A stretch of DNA of 27,092 nt from positions 1 to 27,092 of the forward strand of contig CAVDHG010000001.1 in assembly GCA_963608725.1 (NCBI GenBank). Direction: 5' to 3'. This DNA comes from Agathobacter rectalis. GTDB taxonomy: Bacteria > Verrucomicrobiota > Kiritimatiellia > RFP12 > DVOR01. Positions 17,384 through 27,003 of this stretch are shown here, piece by piece; position 1 is the first letter of the stretch; each line of letters starts with the position of its first letter. Made by a program: the position numbers and the translations under genes. The notes beneath the pieces were generated by a model. That model was not told the DNA's origin. It did no database searches and saw only the letters and a program-made list of their open reading frames with translations.

Positions 17384-18229
17384 TTAGGGCTGACGCTGGA
17401 AGGTCGTCGGGTCTTGGGGGACAATGTCGAAGTTCGGCTTCCAATGCGGGGAAGCACTGTAGAACGCCATCGGCGTGTGGTAGGTGATGGCTTCAATCAC
17501 GGATTCCTCGAAGCCGTCGGCACGCAGGCGGTCAACCACTTTAATGAGCGACAGCGGGTCGCTGATGCCCCAATCCGCCGAGCCGTTGACAATCACGCGT
17601 TCATGCCCGTGCAGGCGGATCATGGCACTGACGCGCTCGGGCGAGAGCTTGGAATAGGGGTAGACGGTCATCCCGGCGTAGCACCCGCTCTCCAAGGCGA
17701 GGGCAATCGTTTCCTCAACATTATGGTCAATATCGATCCGCTCGGGCGTCAGCCCCTCCGCCTTGATAATCTCCAGGACGCGCCGAATGCCTTTGAGCTT
17801 GTTAAAGTGAGGCAGGTGCAGGACAATGGGCATCTTGCGCTCCTCAGCCATGCGCAGTTGCCGGACAAGCGCGTGCTCCTCGTTTTCCGTAATATTATTG
17901 AAGCCGATCTCTCCGAGGGCGACGCACCGGGGGTGATCCAGGTACTCGCCCATCCCGTCAATCACTTCGTCGGCTAACGCCCGATTCTCCGCCTCCTTCG
18001 GGTTCATCCCGATCGCGCTCCAGTGGTCTACCCCGAAACGCGCCGCCCGGACGTGTTCGAATTCCAGCGAAAGGCGGAAATAGTCAAAAAATGTCCCAGC
18101 ATACCGCCGATTCTCCCCCTGCCAGAAGGACGGCTCCACGCAGACGCGTATCCCGTGCTTATGCATGAGCTGATACTCGTCGGTCGTCCGGGAAATCATG
18201 TGGATATGCGGTTCAATGATAGGCTTCAA
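17384..18229 (-). CDS. TatD-family metal-dependent hydrolase (EboB-like subfamily)
   Basis: PHIHMISRTTDEY, GMNPKEAEN, GEIGF, LHLPH, IDHN, SADWGISDPL; TTG start preceded by AGGAGG. Confidence 0.85.
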   Translation of the reverse strand: MKPIIEPHIHMISRTTDEYQLMHKHGIRVCVEPSFWQGENRRYAGTFFDYFRLSLEFEHVRAARFGVDHWSAIGMNPKEAENRALADEVIDGMGEYLDHPRCVALGEIGFNNITENEEHALVRQLRMAEERKMPIVLHLPHFNKLKGIRRVLEIIKAEGLTPERIDIDHNVEETIALALESGCYAGMTVYPYSKLSPERVSAMIRLHGHERVIVNGSADWGISDPLSLIKVVDRLRADGFEESVIEAITYHTPMAFYSASPHWKPNFDIVPQDPTTFQRQP

Positions 18230-18256
18230 CGCAAAACCTCCTATAGAAGTAGGCTT

Positions 18257-18265
18257 AGTCTAACA
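18257..18265 (-). promoter_or_regulatory. Extended -10 promoter candidate for the tatD-kinase operon
   Basis: TGtTAGACT about 28 nt upstream of the TTG start. Confidence 0.45.
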
Positions 18266-18374
18266 CAAAACGGCAAAACCGCGAAATCTTGAACCACCCC
18301 CCGGAGCCAAACTCGCCCTTTTGGGTCAAAAAGCGACGCTTTTTCGCCGTTTTTGTGTCTCGACCTCCAAACCG

Positions 18375-18488
18375 CCCGCAACCGCGTTCGGGGGAGACGC
18401 AACCGCGTTCGGGGGAGACGCGAGGCGGACACGAGGCAAACGCGAGGCGGACTCACCTCGATCGCGGTGCGGACACCCCGGTTTTCCC
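18375..18488 (+). repeat. Intergenic repeat, copy D1 (5 modules, including an exact 21-bp tandem duplication)
   Basis: Modules start at 18383, 18404, 18426, 18448 and 18470; CGCAACCGCGTTCGGGGGAGA occurs twice (18377-18418). Confidence 0.88.
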
Positions 18489-18524
18489 CTTCTTTACCAA
18501 AAAGGTAGGGATTCCTTTTTCCTA

Positions 18525-18620
18525 CCCCCCGCAACCGCGTTTGGGGAGTCTCCGCACCGCGTTTGACCCAAACGCGAACCGGGCAGAGGTCGATCGCGGT
18601 GCGGAGACCCCGGAAAAGGG
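18525..18620 (+). repeat. Intergenic repeat, copy D2 (4 modules)
   Basis: CCCCCCGCAAC then modules at 18536, 18558, 18580 and 18602 with linkers CAC, AAC, GTG. Confidence 0.92.
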
Positions 18621-18623
18621 GGG

Positions 18624-18659
18624 AGTTATGAACAAAAACCCCGCCTTGTGTTCATAACT
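18624..18659. promoter_or_regulatory. Perfect 11-bp inverted repeat (operator-like or DnaA-box-like pair)
   Basis: AGTTATGAACA-N14-TGTTCATAACT. Confidence 0.45.
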
Positions 18660-18818
18660 TTTGAGATTGCTTGAGAAGAGAAAGCGTTATGCTGTTTCCG
18701 GAGTAAAAGAGCCGAGTTGGGGGTGGCTTCGTTGCGAAAGGGAGGGGGAAACGGGGGTAAATTGGGGCAAAAAGTGCCCTTTTCTAACGAAAAAGTAACG
18801 GAAAAGCGGGTTTTGATT

Positions 18819-18827
18819 TGCTATACT
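18819..18827 (+). promoter_or_regulatory. Extended -10 promoter of the antiporter gene
   Basis: TGcTATACT followed by GGAGG and ATG 18851. Confidence 0.6.
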
Positions 18828-18850
18828 GTCAAAACTGGGAGGTTTCGCCG

Positions 18851-20908
18851 ATGGATGGCTCCGTTTCGTTCTTTACCGATCTAAGTATCGTAATCGTTGT
18901 CGCGACCTTCGTCGGTCTGGTTTTTTCACGCTTTAATCTTCCCCTGACGGTGGGGTACATCCTCGCCGGCGTGCTGGTGGGCCCCACGGTGGGTCCCGCG
19001 CTGATCCGGAACAAAGAGAACATCCAGATGCTCTCGGACTTGGGCGTGATGTTCTTGATGTTCTCGATCGGGCTGGGGTTCAGTTTCCGGCGGGTGCGCC
19101 AGATGGGCTCGGCGGTGGTCTTCCCGGCGGTCTGGGACGTGGTCTTTATGGTCTTGGGGGGCTTCTGCCTAGGCAAACTCCTCGGTTGGGGGAACTTGGA
19201 GTGTTTCCTCCTCGGTTTGATTCTCTGCGACAGCTCCACCTCGATTGCGGCGAAGACGCTCGAGAGCCTGGGTTGGCTCGGGAAGCGTTTTGCGGATTGC
19301 ACCTTCGCGATTGCGTTGATTGAGGATGTGCTGGCGATTTTGCTTATCGCGGTTTTGGGTGGCATAGGCGGGGGCGAAGCCGGAAGCGGGGACTGGACGC
19401 AGACGGCGTTGGTCGTGGGGCGGCAACTGGGCGTCCTGGTGCTCTTCCTCGTGGGCGTGACGGTGTTCGGGATCCTGTTCGTGCCGAAGCTGATGAACCG
19501 CATTGCCGCGAAGTTTGGCGATGAGATGGTGCTCATGACCGCGCTGGGAATCTGCTTTGGCGTGTCCTGCTTGGCGCAGAACGGGTTGGGACTTTCGCTC
19601 GTGGTGGGCGCGTTCCTTGCCGGAGCGGTTATCGCCGAGTCGAAGGAGCGGCGCAAGATCGAGCAGACGGTGCGCCCGGTAACGAACCTCTTCGCGGCGG
19701 TCTTCTTCGTCTCGGTCGGCTTGATGATGGATCCGAAGATTATTTGGGACAACATCGGCGTGGTGGTTTTAATCACCTTCGCGATGATCGCCTTGAAGTG
19801 GGTCAATAACGCTTCGGCGTGTCTCCTGGTGGGTGAACGCTCGCGGGATGCCTTCAAGATCGGTATCGGGATGGGGCAGGTGGCAGAGTTCTCGTTCATC
19901 ATCGCGGGGATCGCGATGTCGCGGGGAATGAGCGAGCGCCCGCTCTACCAGATCGCGGTGGGCGTGGCACTCCTGTGCACGGCAACGAATCCCTACCTCT
20001 TGCGGAGCTCGGACAAGCTCTACGATTGGACGGTTCGGCTCTGCGCACCGCTACGCCTCAACGAGATCTTGCAGTGGTATCGGCGGTGGACTGCCGAGCT
20101 CTCCACGCACCTTTCGTCGAGCGGGCGGACGAGTGCCGTAGAGATCCGCAAGCAGGCTCTCTTCATCGGCGTGGATCTCTCCATCGTGGCGATCTTCTTC
20201 TCCGGCGTCTACTTCCTCTCGCGCCTGACCTTCGTGCAGACGTTCCTGAATCGGCTGAACGCCGAGGGCTGGTTGCCCTTCGGGGACTACGTGCCGTGGG
20301 GGAGCATGCTCTGCTGCGTGTGCGCGTTGCTCCTCGCGGTGCCCCCGTTTTACGCGGCGTGGAGGTCTTGGGAGAAGCTTGGAGACATCGTGGCGAACGA
20401 CGCCTTCTCCTACGTCTCCATTGAGGAAGTGCGCCGGACGATTCGGCTGGTCATGCGCGTGATTGGGTGGTGCGGGATCTTCGTCTATGCCACCGTCCTT
20501 TGCGCCATCTTCGCTACGACCCTGTGGGTTACGGTAATCGCTATCGCGCTTATCGCAGTCATCACGCCCTTCTACTCGAAGTACTTTACGAGTCGCCTCG
20601 CAAAGTCGCACGAGCTTCTGACGAATGCCTTTGACGTGAACGCCATCCCCGTGGAGCCGCCGGACATCTCCAGTCTCTCCGTCCACACGCGCACGGTGAA
20701 GATTACCAGCCACTTCCTGCACGATGGCAAGACGCTCGGCGAGCTAGACTTGCGTCATGTCTCCGGGGCTTCGGTGATCTCGGTGAATGCCAACTTCTTG
20801 CCCGGACGCGATACCGCCCTGCATTCCAATGATGTGCTGGTGATTGCTGGCTCGGATGCCGAGCTGGAACGCGCCGAAGCTATTTTAATGAGGCAGAAGG
20901 ACGCGTAA
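18851..20908 (+). CDS. CPA2-family cation:proton antiporter (Kef/YbaL-like) with C-terminal TrkA-C (RCK-C) domain
   Basis: GYILAGVLVGP, LGVMFLMFSIGL, SSTSI, IEDV, GAFLAG, FFVSVG, QVAEFSFII; tail GKTLGELDLR...GASVI...DVLVIAG. Start ATG 18851 with GGAGG. Confidence 0.9.
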   Translation: MDGSVSFFTDLSIVIVVATFVGLVFSRFNLPLTVGYILAGVLVGPTVGPALIRNKENIQMLSDLGVMFLMFSIGLGFSFRRVRQMGSAVVFPAVWDVVFMVLGGFCLGKLLGWGNLECFLLGLILCDSSTSIAAKTLESLGWLGKRFADCTFAIALIEDVLAILLIAVLGGIGGGEAGSGDWTQTALVVGRQLGVLVLFLVGVTVFGILFVPKLMNRIAAKFGDEMVLMTALGICFGVSCLAQNGLGLSLVVGAFLAGAVIAESKERRKIEQTVRPVTNLFAAVFFVSVGLMMDPKIIWDNIGVVVLITFAMIALKWVNNASACLLVGERSRDAFKIGIGMGQVAEFSFIIAGIAMSRGMSERPLYQIAVGVALLCTATNPYLLRSSDKLYDWTVRLCAPLRLNEILQWYRRWTAELSTHLSSSGRTSAVEIRKQALFIGVDLSIVAIFFSGVYFLSRLTFVQTFLNRLNAEGWLPFGDYVPWGSMLCCVCALLLAVPPFYAAWRSWEKLGDIVANDAFSYVSIEEVRRTIRLVMRVIGWCGIFVYATVLCAIFATTLWVTVIAIALIAVITPFYSKYFTSRLAKSHELLTNAFDVNAIPVEPPDISSLSVHTRTVKITSHFLHDGKTLGELDLRHVSGASVISVNANFLPGRDTALHSNDVLVIAGSDAELERAEAILMRQKDA

Positions 20909-21821
20909 CGTCTTCCCGCACGCGCTTGAGGTCTTCAAGCACCTGAGCCTTCAAGGCATCGACGGAGCTGAACTTCACTTCCGGGCGAATCTGCGCCGAG
21001 GTGAAGGAGAGGCGCACCGGGGAATCGTAGAGGTCTTCGGTAATATCTAGGAGGTACGCCTCGAAGAGGGGCGTGCTTTCATTTTTGATGCTGGGCGCAA
21101 CGCCGAAGTTGACCAGCGCAGGGTGCGAGGAGGTAGGCGTCGTGGCGATTGCCGAGTAGACGCCACGGGCGAGGGGAGCTAAGGGAGCCTCGTCGGGGGA
21201 GGCGACGTAGGGGATATTGGCAGTCGGGATTCCCAGAAGCTCGCGGGCGAGTTGACGACCATGGATGACCCGCCCCTCAAAGCTCCACGGGCGCGAGAGC
21301 ATTGCCGAAACGGCGTCCAGCCTGCCACTTGCCATTGAAGCGCGGATGCGGGTGGAGGAGACGCGTTCGCCCTGCCAGGTGGCGTAGGGGACGACTCGGA
21401 CGTCGAAGCCCTGCGCCTTGAGGAAGTCCGGCGTGCCTTCCGCGCCCGCGCCGAATCGCCAGTCGTCCCCGCAGAAGATCGTGGTGCCCCGGAGGCGGTT
21501 GGCGAAATCCTGCGCGGAGAGATCGGCGAGCGCGTGGTCGAAGGGCACGCAGAGCAAGGTGCCATCGGGCAGGAGCGCGGAGAGCTCGCGGAGGAAGGCT
21601 TGCTCCTGCAAGATGCGCCCGGGGACGCGGTTGGGGGCGAGGAGCGCATTGGGGGAATTGGAAAAGGTAAGGATGCAGGGCGTCCGGTGGGTGCTCTCGG
21701 CGAAATCGCGCATGGCGCGGATGAGAGCTTGGTGCCCCACGTGCACGCCGTCGAAGGTGCCGACCGCCAAGGCGGAGGAGGCTGGAAGGCGATCAAGCGA
21801 GTTCGCGAAGAGGCAAGCCAT
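20880..21821 (-). CDS. ribF: Bifunctional riboflavin kinase/FAD synthetase
   Basis: GTFDGVHVGHQ, WRFG, VSSTRIR, GIPTAN, FEAYLLD; TAATG-coupled to truB (start 21821). Confidence 0.93.
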   Translation of the reverse strand: MACLFANSLDRLPASSALAVGTFDGVHVGHQALIRAMRDFAESTHRTPCILTFSNSPNALLAPNRVPGRILQEQAFLRELSALLPDGTLLCVPFDHALADLSAQDFANRLRGTTIFCGDDWRFGAGAEGTPDFLKAQGFDVRVVPYATWQGERVSSTRIRASMASGRLDAVSAMLSRPWSFEGRVIHGRQLARELLGIPTANIPYVASPDEAPLAPLARGVYSAIATTPTSSHPALVNFGVAPSIKNESTPLFEAYLLDITEDLYDSPVRLSFTSAQIRPEVKFSSVDALKAQVLEDLKRVREDVTRPSASLK

Positions 21822-22558
21822 TAGGCTTTCCCGGAGAGATAGTTCGTGCAGGGGATGACCCGCCGCTCTACTTCCGCCCGGGGCATCTCCAGGAGTTCGG
21901 CAAAGGGCGTAGCCGAGGCGATGGAAATCTTGCCGGATTCGACACGGCGCAAGGCACAGAGATGCGCCCCCGTGCCGAGCACGCCACCCAAGTCGTGGGC
22001 TAGCGTGCGGATATACGTCCCCTTGGAACAGCGGACAACGAAGTCGGCTTCCGCGCAGGTTTGTGCCGGGCGGAACGCCGTGATCGAGAAGGAGAAGATG
22101 TGCACGAGCCTCTCGCTCCGTTCGCACGCCTCCCCGCGGACAGCCATCTTATAGAGCGGTTGCCCGGCGATCTTCACCGCCGAGTACATCGGGGGCACCT
22201 GAAAGATGTCGCCAAGGAAATCCTTTTTAATGGCAGAAAGAATCGCCTCTTGCGTGAGCGAGGCAGTGTCGTGTTGCTCCAAGACCTCGCCCAGGCGATC
22301 TTGCGTAGTGGTAACCACGCCGAAGCGGATGGTGCCTTCGTAGGTCTTGTTCCCGCCCATGACGCGGTCGGAAATCTTCGTCCCCTTCCCGAGGAGGATG
22401 AGGAGGAGACCCGTGGCGTCCGGATCCAGCGTCCCGCCATGCCCCACCTTGGTGAAGCCGAACTTGCGACGCAGGGTTGTAACGATGACGTGCGAAGGCA
22501 TCCCCGCCGGCTTGTCAACGGGGAGGATGCCATCGGGATCTGGGAAAACCGCGCTCAT
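21821..22558 (-). CDS. truB: tRNA pseudouridine(55) synthase
   Basis: DKPAG, KVGHGGTLDPDATG, QVPPMYSAVK, CSKGTYIRTL. Confidence 0.96.
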   Translation of the reverse strand: MSAVFPDPDGILPVDKPAGMPSHVIVTTLRRKFGFTKVGHGGTLDPDATGLLLILLGKGTKISDRVMGGNKTYEGTIRFGVVTTTQDRLGEVLEQHDTASLTQEAILSAIKKDFLGDIFQVPPMYSAVKIAGQPLYKMAVRGEACERSERLVHIFSFSITAFRPAQTCAEADFVVRCSKGTYIRTLAHDLGGVLGTGAHLCALRRVESGKISIASATPFAELLEMPRAEVERRVIPCTNYLSGKA

Positions 22559-22603
22559 GGGAAAAGGGGTCGCTTGCTTCGTGTGCGCGAGGTGCCGCTG
22601 CGC

Positions 22604-22978
22604 TTACGCTTGGGGTGGCTCGTCATCTACCGGAGGCGGCAGATGGTTGAGGATGTCCAGCACGCGATCGCCCTTGGAGATGCCGACGTCGAGGCGGAAG
22701 CGCAGGTGTGGCGTAAAGCGCAGGGTCAGATTTTGGTTGATGAGCGTCTGGATCTCCTTGGCGTGCTTGGAGAGACGTCGGAGCCACGTGTGATGTTGCT
22801 CGGCATCGCGAATCGAGACCCAGACGTCCGCCGTGCGGAGGTTGCGGGCGCAGTCCACCTTCGTTACGGTTATCCCCGCCACGTCGATCTCCGGGTCGGA
22901 TTGCAAGACGCGGAAAAGGTCGTCGGCAATCTCCCGGAGAAGGAGCGCGTTGATTCTCTCGAGGCGGTTAACAGCCAT
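22604..22978 (-). CDS. rbfA: 30S ribosome-binding factor A
   Basis: RLERIN N-terminus, ITVTKV, LRFTPHLRFRLD; canonical position between infB and truB. Confidence 0.92.
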   Translation of the reverse strand: MAVNRLERINALLLREIADDLFRVLQSDPEIDVAGITVTKVDCARNLRTADVWVSIRDAEQHHTWLRRLSKHAKEIQTLINQNLTLRFTPHLRFRLDVGISKGDRVLDILNHLPPPVDDEPPQA

Positions 22979-23006
22979 GGTTCAAGCCTTGTCTGCGCGG
23001 GATGCC

Positions 23007-25640
23007 TTAGAGCGTCTTGGGAAGCTCTTCCATCTCGTAGCACTCGACGATGTCGCCCTCTTGGAAGCCCTCGAAGGAGCCGAAGCCCAAGCCACACTCT
23101 TGCGCGGGGGCGATCTCCTTGACGTCGTCCTTAAAGTGCTTCATCGTCACCACTGCGCCGTCGTAGATCTGGGTCTTCCCGCGATAGATGCGGAACTTGC
23201 CCTTGAACTTCAGCGAGCCATCGAGCATCTGGCAGCCGGCAATCTTGCCGAGCTTGCTGATGTCGAAGACCTGCCGCACTTCGGCGTGCCCGCGCACGAC
23301 TTCCTTGTACTCCGGCGCGATGAGGTCGAGCATGCACCGCTTCACGTGCTCAATCAGCTCGTAGATGATGCGGAAGGTGTTTACGCGCACGCCGTTCTGA
23401 CGCGCCATCGCCTGGACGCCCGGCTCGCAGTTGACGCTGAAGCCGAGCACGGTCGCCCCCTTGGCGCGCTGGATGTCGGCAGAGGTGATAGAGCCAACGC
23501 CCGAGTAGAGCACCTTGAGGGAGACCTTGTTGGACTTGATGTCCTTGAGGCATTCAACCACGGCTTCGGCGGTTCCCTGCGCGTCGCCCTTAACGATCAC
23601 GTCCAGCTCGGCTTTGCCATCGGAGTCGAGGAGCTTCGTCCAGTCTGAGAGAATGGAGGACTGCGCCGCGGAGAGGGATTGCAACTTGTTCGCTTCTGCC
23701 GTGCGCTCGGCAAGCTCGCGGGCACGCTTCTCGTTGAGCATGACGCGGAACTCAGAGCCCGCTTCCGGGACGCCGGATAGACCGGTGCACTTAACCGCGA
23801 TGGAAGGCCCGGCAGACTTAACCTGCTTGCCCCGCTCGTCAATAAGCGTGCGCACCTTGCCGTAGTGCTCGCCACAGAGAACGACGTCGCCAACTTTGAG
23901 CGTACCGCCCTGAATGAGGAGCGTCGCCGTGGGCCCTAAGCCCTGCTCGAGCTGCGACTCAATAACCGCGCCGTTCGCACGGCGGTTGGGATTGGCTTGA
24001 AGCTCCAAGACGTCCGCCTGGATGAGGATCGTTTCCAGCAGGTCGTCCACGCCTTGCCCGGTTGTGCCCGAGACTTCGCAGCATTCAATGTCGCCACCCC
24101 ACGTGCTCGGCGTCAGCCCTTCGGCTTGCAACATCTGATAGACGCGCATGGGGTTGGCTTCCGGCTTGTCGCACTTGGTAACCGCCACCAGCATCTGGAC
24201 TCCGGCGTTGCGGGCGTGCTTGATGGCTTCGCGGGTTTGAGGCATCACGCCGTCATCCGCCGCCACGATGATCACGGCAATATCCGTGATATTCGCTCCG
24301 CGTGCACGCATGGATTCGAACGCCGAGTGTCCGGGGGTGTCGACGAACGTGATGAGGCGTTTGTTGCCGGCGTCATCCGTCTGGTCGAGTTGGATCGTAT
24401 AGGCGGCGATGTGCTGCGTAATGCCACCTGCTTCCCCGGCAGCGACGTGCGCCTTGCGGATGTAGTCCATGAGCGTGGTCTTGCCGTGGTCAACGTGCCC
24501 CAAGAAGGTAACCACCGGCGGACGCAGCACCATGTCCTCGGGCTTATCCTCGGGGATATCGTCATCCGCGTCTTCGCTCTTCAACTGTGGCTTACGCTCT
24601 GCCGAACGCTTCGAACGCTCCGAAACTTCGGTGGTGAAGCCGTACTTCTCGGCAATCTTCTGGATGAGCCCGGGCTCGAGCGTCTGGTTGATGGTGGCGA
24701 GCACCTTCAGCCCCATGAGGTCAACAATCAACTTGTTGGGGAGCACGTCCATCAGCTCGGCAAGCTCCTTAACGGTCATGGGGCCGTTGAGCTGGAGCTT
24801 CTTACCCGTGAGAACAACCGCCGGAGGCGTGGCACTGTGCGCCGAGCCGGTCTGCGCGGAAGCACCCGGAGCCTTACGCCCGGAGCGATCGTTACGCCTG
24901 CCGTCGTTGCGTTGCGCCGGAGCGTTCCGCCCGTTACCGCGCAGATTGGCATTCCGGTCATTCTTCTTGTTCGGCGTCGTCGGCGAAAGCCCAACGAGTA
25001 CTGGGCGCGGAGGCTCAGCGTTGACCTTGGGCGCGAGGGTTGACTTCGGGGACGCACTCGGCATCGACGGCGCGGGCGAGACGGGCGCAGGCTTCGCGCT
25101 CACCGGGGTCGCCGGGCGCGGAGCCGGAGCCTTCGGAGCCACCTGAGACTTCTCGGGCTTCTCGACTTTCGGTGCCGGCGCGGGGGCAGGCTTCTCTTCG
25201 GCGGGCTTCGCTTCGGCAACGGGTGCCACCTGCTCCGGTTTTTCCGCCGGCGCAGGTTCTGCCTTAGCGACTTCGGGTTGAGACTTCGGCTCCGCCTTCG
25301 GAGCTTGCGCAACCTTAACCTTCGGCGTGCCCTTGCCCAGGTGCGCCGCTTCGAGTGCCTTTTCCCGGTGGACTTCTACGGCTGCGCGGTTGGTCTTGGC
25401 GTCCTGCAAACGCTCCGCATCGCCCTTGGCTTTACGCGCCTTGTGCGAAGCTTCATACTTGTCCAGCAGGGCTTGACGCGCTTCTGCGCTCAGCCCCTTC
25501 AGCCAGGAGTCTAGGGAAGAAACGTCCTCCGCATCGAGAGCAGAGAGCGTTGAGGATACCTCCAACGCCAAAGCCTTGGCTTGAGCCAAGACGATTCCGG
25601 CGGGAAGTCCGTTCTTTTTGGCGAATTCGGTAACTCTCAT
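23007..25640 (-). CDS. infB: Translation initiation factor IF-2
   Basis: [43 protein letters not shown]; Ala/Pro/Lys-rich N-terminal linker. Confidence 0.98.
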   Translation of the reverse strand: MRVTEFAKKNGLPAGIVLAQAKALALEVSSTLSALDAEDVSSLDSWLKGLSAEARQALLDKYEASHKARKAKGDAERLQDAKTNRAAVEVHREKALEAAHLGKGTPKVKVAQAPKAEPKSQPEVAKAEPAPAEKPEQVAPVAEAKPAEEKPAPAPAPKVEKPEKSQVAPKAPAPRPATPVSAKPAPVSPAPSMPSASPKSTLAPKVNAEPPRPVLVGLSPTTPNKKNDRNANLRGNGRNAPAQRNDGRRNDRSGRKAPGASAQTGSAHSATPPAVVLTGKKLQLNGPMTVKELAELMDVLPNKLIVDLMGLKVLATINQTLEPGLIQKIAEKYGFTTEVSERSKRSAERKPQLKSEDADDDIPEDKPEDMVLRPPVVTFLGHVDHGKTTLMDYIRKAHVAAGEAGGITQHIAAYTIQLDQTDDAGNKRLITFVDTPGHSAFESMRARGANITDIAVIIVAADDGVMPQTREAIKHARNAGVQMLVAVTKCDKPEANPMRVYQMLQAEGLTPSTWGGDIECCEVSGTTGQGVDDLLETILIQADVLELQANPNRRANGAVIESQLEQGLGPTATLLIQGGTLKVGDVVLCGEHYGKVRTLIDERGKQVKSAGPSIAVKCTGLSGVPEAGSEFRVMLNEKRARELAERTAEANKLQSLSAAQSSILSDWTKLLDSDGKAELDVIVKGDAQGTAEAVVECLKDIKSNKVSLKVLYSGVGSITSADIQRAKGATVLGFSVNCEPGVQAMARQNGVRVNTFRIIYELIEHVKRCMLDLIAPEYKEVVRGHAEVRQVFDISKLGKIAGCQMLDGSLKFKGKFRIYRGKTQIYDGAVVTMKHFKDDVKEIAPAQECGLGFGSFEGFQEGDIVECYEMEELPKTL

Positions 25641-25644
25641 GCAC

Positions 25645-26919
25645 TCACTCCTTGGCGTCTACGATGCGCTGGGCGTGTTCGTAAATATCGTTGACGGTCG
25701 CCTCGTCCAAGCCGGTCGTCGTCTGGAAATAGGCGGGCTCGGCGTGCAGGACGCCCTCGGGGGAGTGGAACCCGCACTCGAAGAGCTTCTCGGCAACCGC
25801 CGTGGTCACCTCGAACTCCCTGGCGAGCTGGTGCACCATCTCGTCGCGCTTGTTCTCGAAGATAAAGGCATCGCTCTCCACCTTCGCGGGCGCGGCGTCT
25901 GCGGTAATCGAGATCTTCCACCCGGTCAGCTTCGTTGCCAGGCGAACGTTCTGCCCGCCACGCCCGATCGCGAGCGAGAGCTTGTCTTCGGGCACGGTAA
26001 CGTAGACTGCGTGATTATCGTCGTCAATCTGGAGCGAGGTCGGCTCTGCCGGCTGAAGTGCCGCCCGGACGAAGAGCTCGGGGTCATCGCTGTACCGCAC
26101 GATGTCCACCTTTTCGCCATTCAGCTCCCGGACAATGTTGCGCACACGCGCTCCGCGCATCCCCACGCAAGCCCCCATCGGGTCAACCGCAGGGTCGAGC
26201 GAGCGCACTGCCACCTTGGAGCGACGCCCCGGGTCGCGAGCCACGCCCAAGATTTCCACCACGCCATCTGCCACTTCCACCACTTCCACGCGGAAGAGGG
26301 CTTTCACAAATTCCGGGCACGCACGCGAGAGCGTAACCGCCGGACCCGAGTTCTCGTTCTGCACGCGCAGGACGTACGCCCGCACCACGTCGCCGGTGTT
26401 GTACTCTTCGGTCGGGATCCGCTCCTTCGCGGGGAGCAGAGCCTCTGTCTTGCCCAGCTCCACGTAAACATCTTTACGCGCCACCAGCTTGACCGAGCCC
26501 GTAACAATGTCGCCCACGCGGTCCTTATATTCATTGAAGACGTTGTTGCGCTCGGCTTCGCGGATTTTCTGCATGATGGTCTGCTTTGCCGTTTGCGCTG
26601 CGATGCGCCCCAGCTTCGCCGCCGGGAAGGGCACCTTGACGGTGTCGCCATCGTTCACCTCGGGGTCAAACCGCCTCGCTTGCTCCACGGTCAGAATCCC
26701 GAGCCCGTGCTCTTCGTCAGAGACGGCGTAGACGTCCCAAGCGCGGATTTCCAACGTTTTACGGTCGATGCGCACGGTGAAATCCGCCGAGACCCGCGTA
26801 TTCTTGCGGGCGGCTTGCTCAACCGAACTCTCAATGGCTTGTAAGATCGTCTCGCGATCCACCCCGCGCTCCCGCTCAAGGTAACCGATTACAGCCGCGA
26901 ATTCAGCATTGATTGCCAT
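25645..26919 (-). CDS. nusA: Transcription termination/antitermination factor NusA
   Basis: GRIAAQTAKQ, S1 domain, ARDPGRRSKVAV, GACVGMRGARV, LAIGRGGQNVRLA; C-terminal HhH-like region; AGGAG RBS. Confidence 0.97.
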   Translation of the reverse strand: MAINAEFAAVIGYLERERGVDRETILQAIESSVEQAARKNTRVSADFTVRIDRKTLEIRAWDVYAVSDEEHGLGILTVEQARRFDPEVNDGDTVKVPFPAAKLGRIAAQTAKQTIMQKIREAERNNVFNEYKDRVGDIVTGSVKLVARKDVYVELGKTEALLPAKERIPTEEYNTGDVVRAYVLRVQNENSGPAVTLSRACPEFVKALFRVEVVEVADGVVEILGVARDPGRRSKVAVRSLDPAVDPMGACVGMRGARVRNIVRELNGEKVDIVRYSDDPELFVRAALQPAEPTSLQIDDDNHAVYVTVPEDKLSLAIGRGGQNVRLATKLTGWKISITADAAPAKVESDAFIFENKRDEMVHQLAREFEVTTAVAEKLFECGFHSPEGVLHAEPAYFQTTTGLDEATVNDIYEHAQRIVDAKE

Positions 26920-26949
26920 CGTGTAGGACTCCTTCCTTCTTCCTCTAAT

Positions 26950-26978
26950 AAAAAAGCGCAGGCTGTCTGCCCACGCTT
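26950..26978 (-). terminator. Terminator-like attenuator hairpin in the nusA operon leader
   Basis: AAGCGTGGGC-AGACA-GCCTGCGCTT (10 bp, 2 GU pairs) followed by a U-tract, between the promoter and the RBS. Confidence 0.75.
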
Positions 26979-27003
26979 CTACCCGGAAATAGAAAACACA
27001 CGC

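Noticed and set aside
8056..18620. Repeats as a CRISPR array
   Set aside because: No identical repeats with unique 30-40-nt spacers; copies are dispersed and no cas genes are present.
18241..18657. Short ORFs (81-122 aa) across the divergent intergenic region
   Set aside because: They translate the repeat modules; the 22-bp period is not a multiple of 3 and there is no recognisable domain.
18230..18850. Replication origin
   Set aside because: Only two imperfect DnaA-like boxes, no dnaA/dnaN nearby, and gene orientation stays mostly minus on both sides.
24780..25340. Ala/Pro/Lys/Glu-rich repetitive segment in infB
   Set aside because: Normal variable N-terminal linker of IF-2.
22061..26844. 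Long plus-strand ORFs antisense to truB, infB and nusA (and to pstB, the kinase, etc.)
   Set aside because: Expected shadow frames of GC-rich coding strands; no protein motifs.
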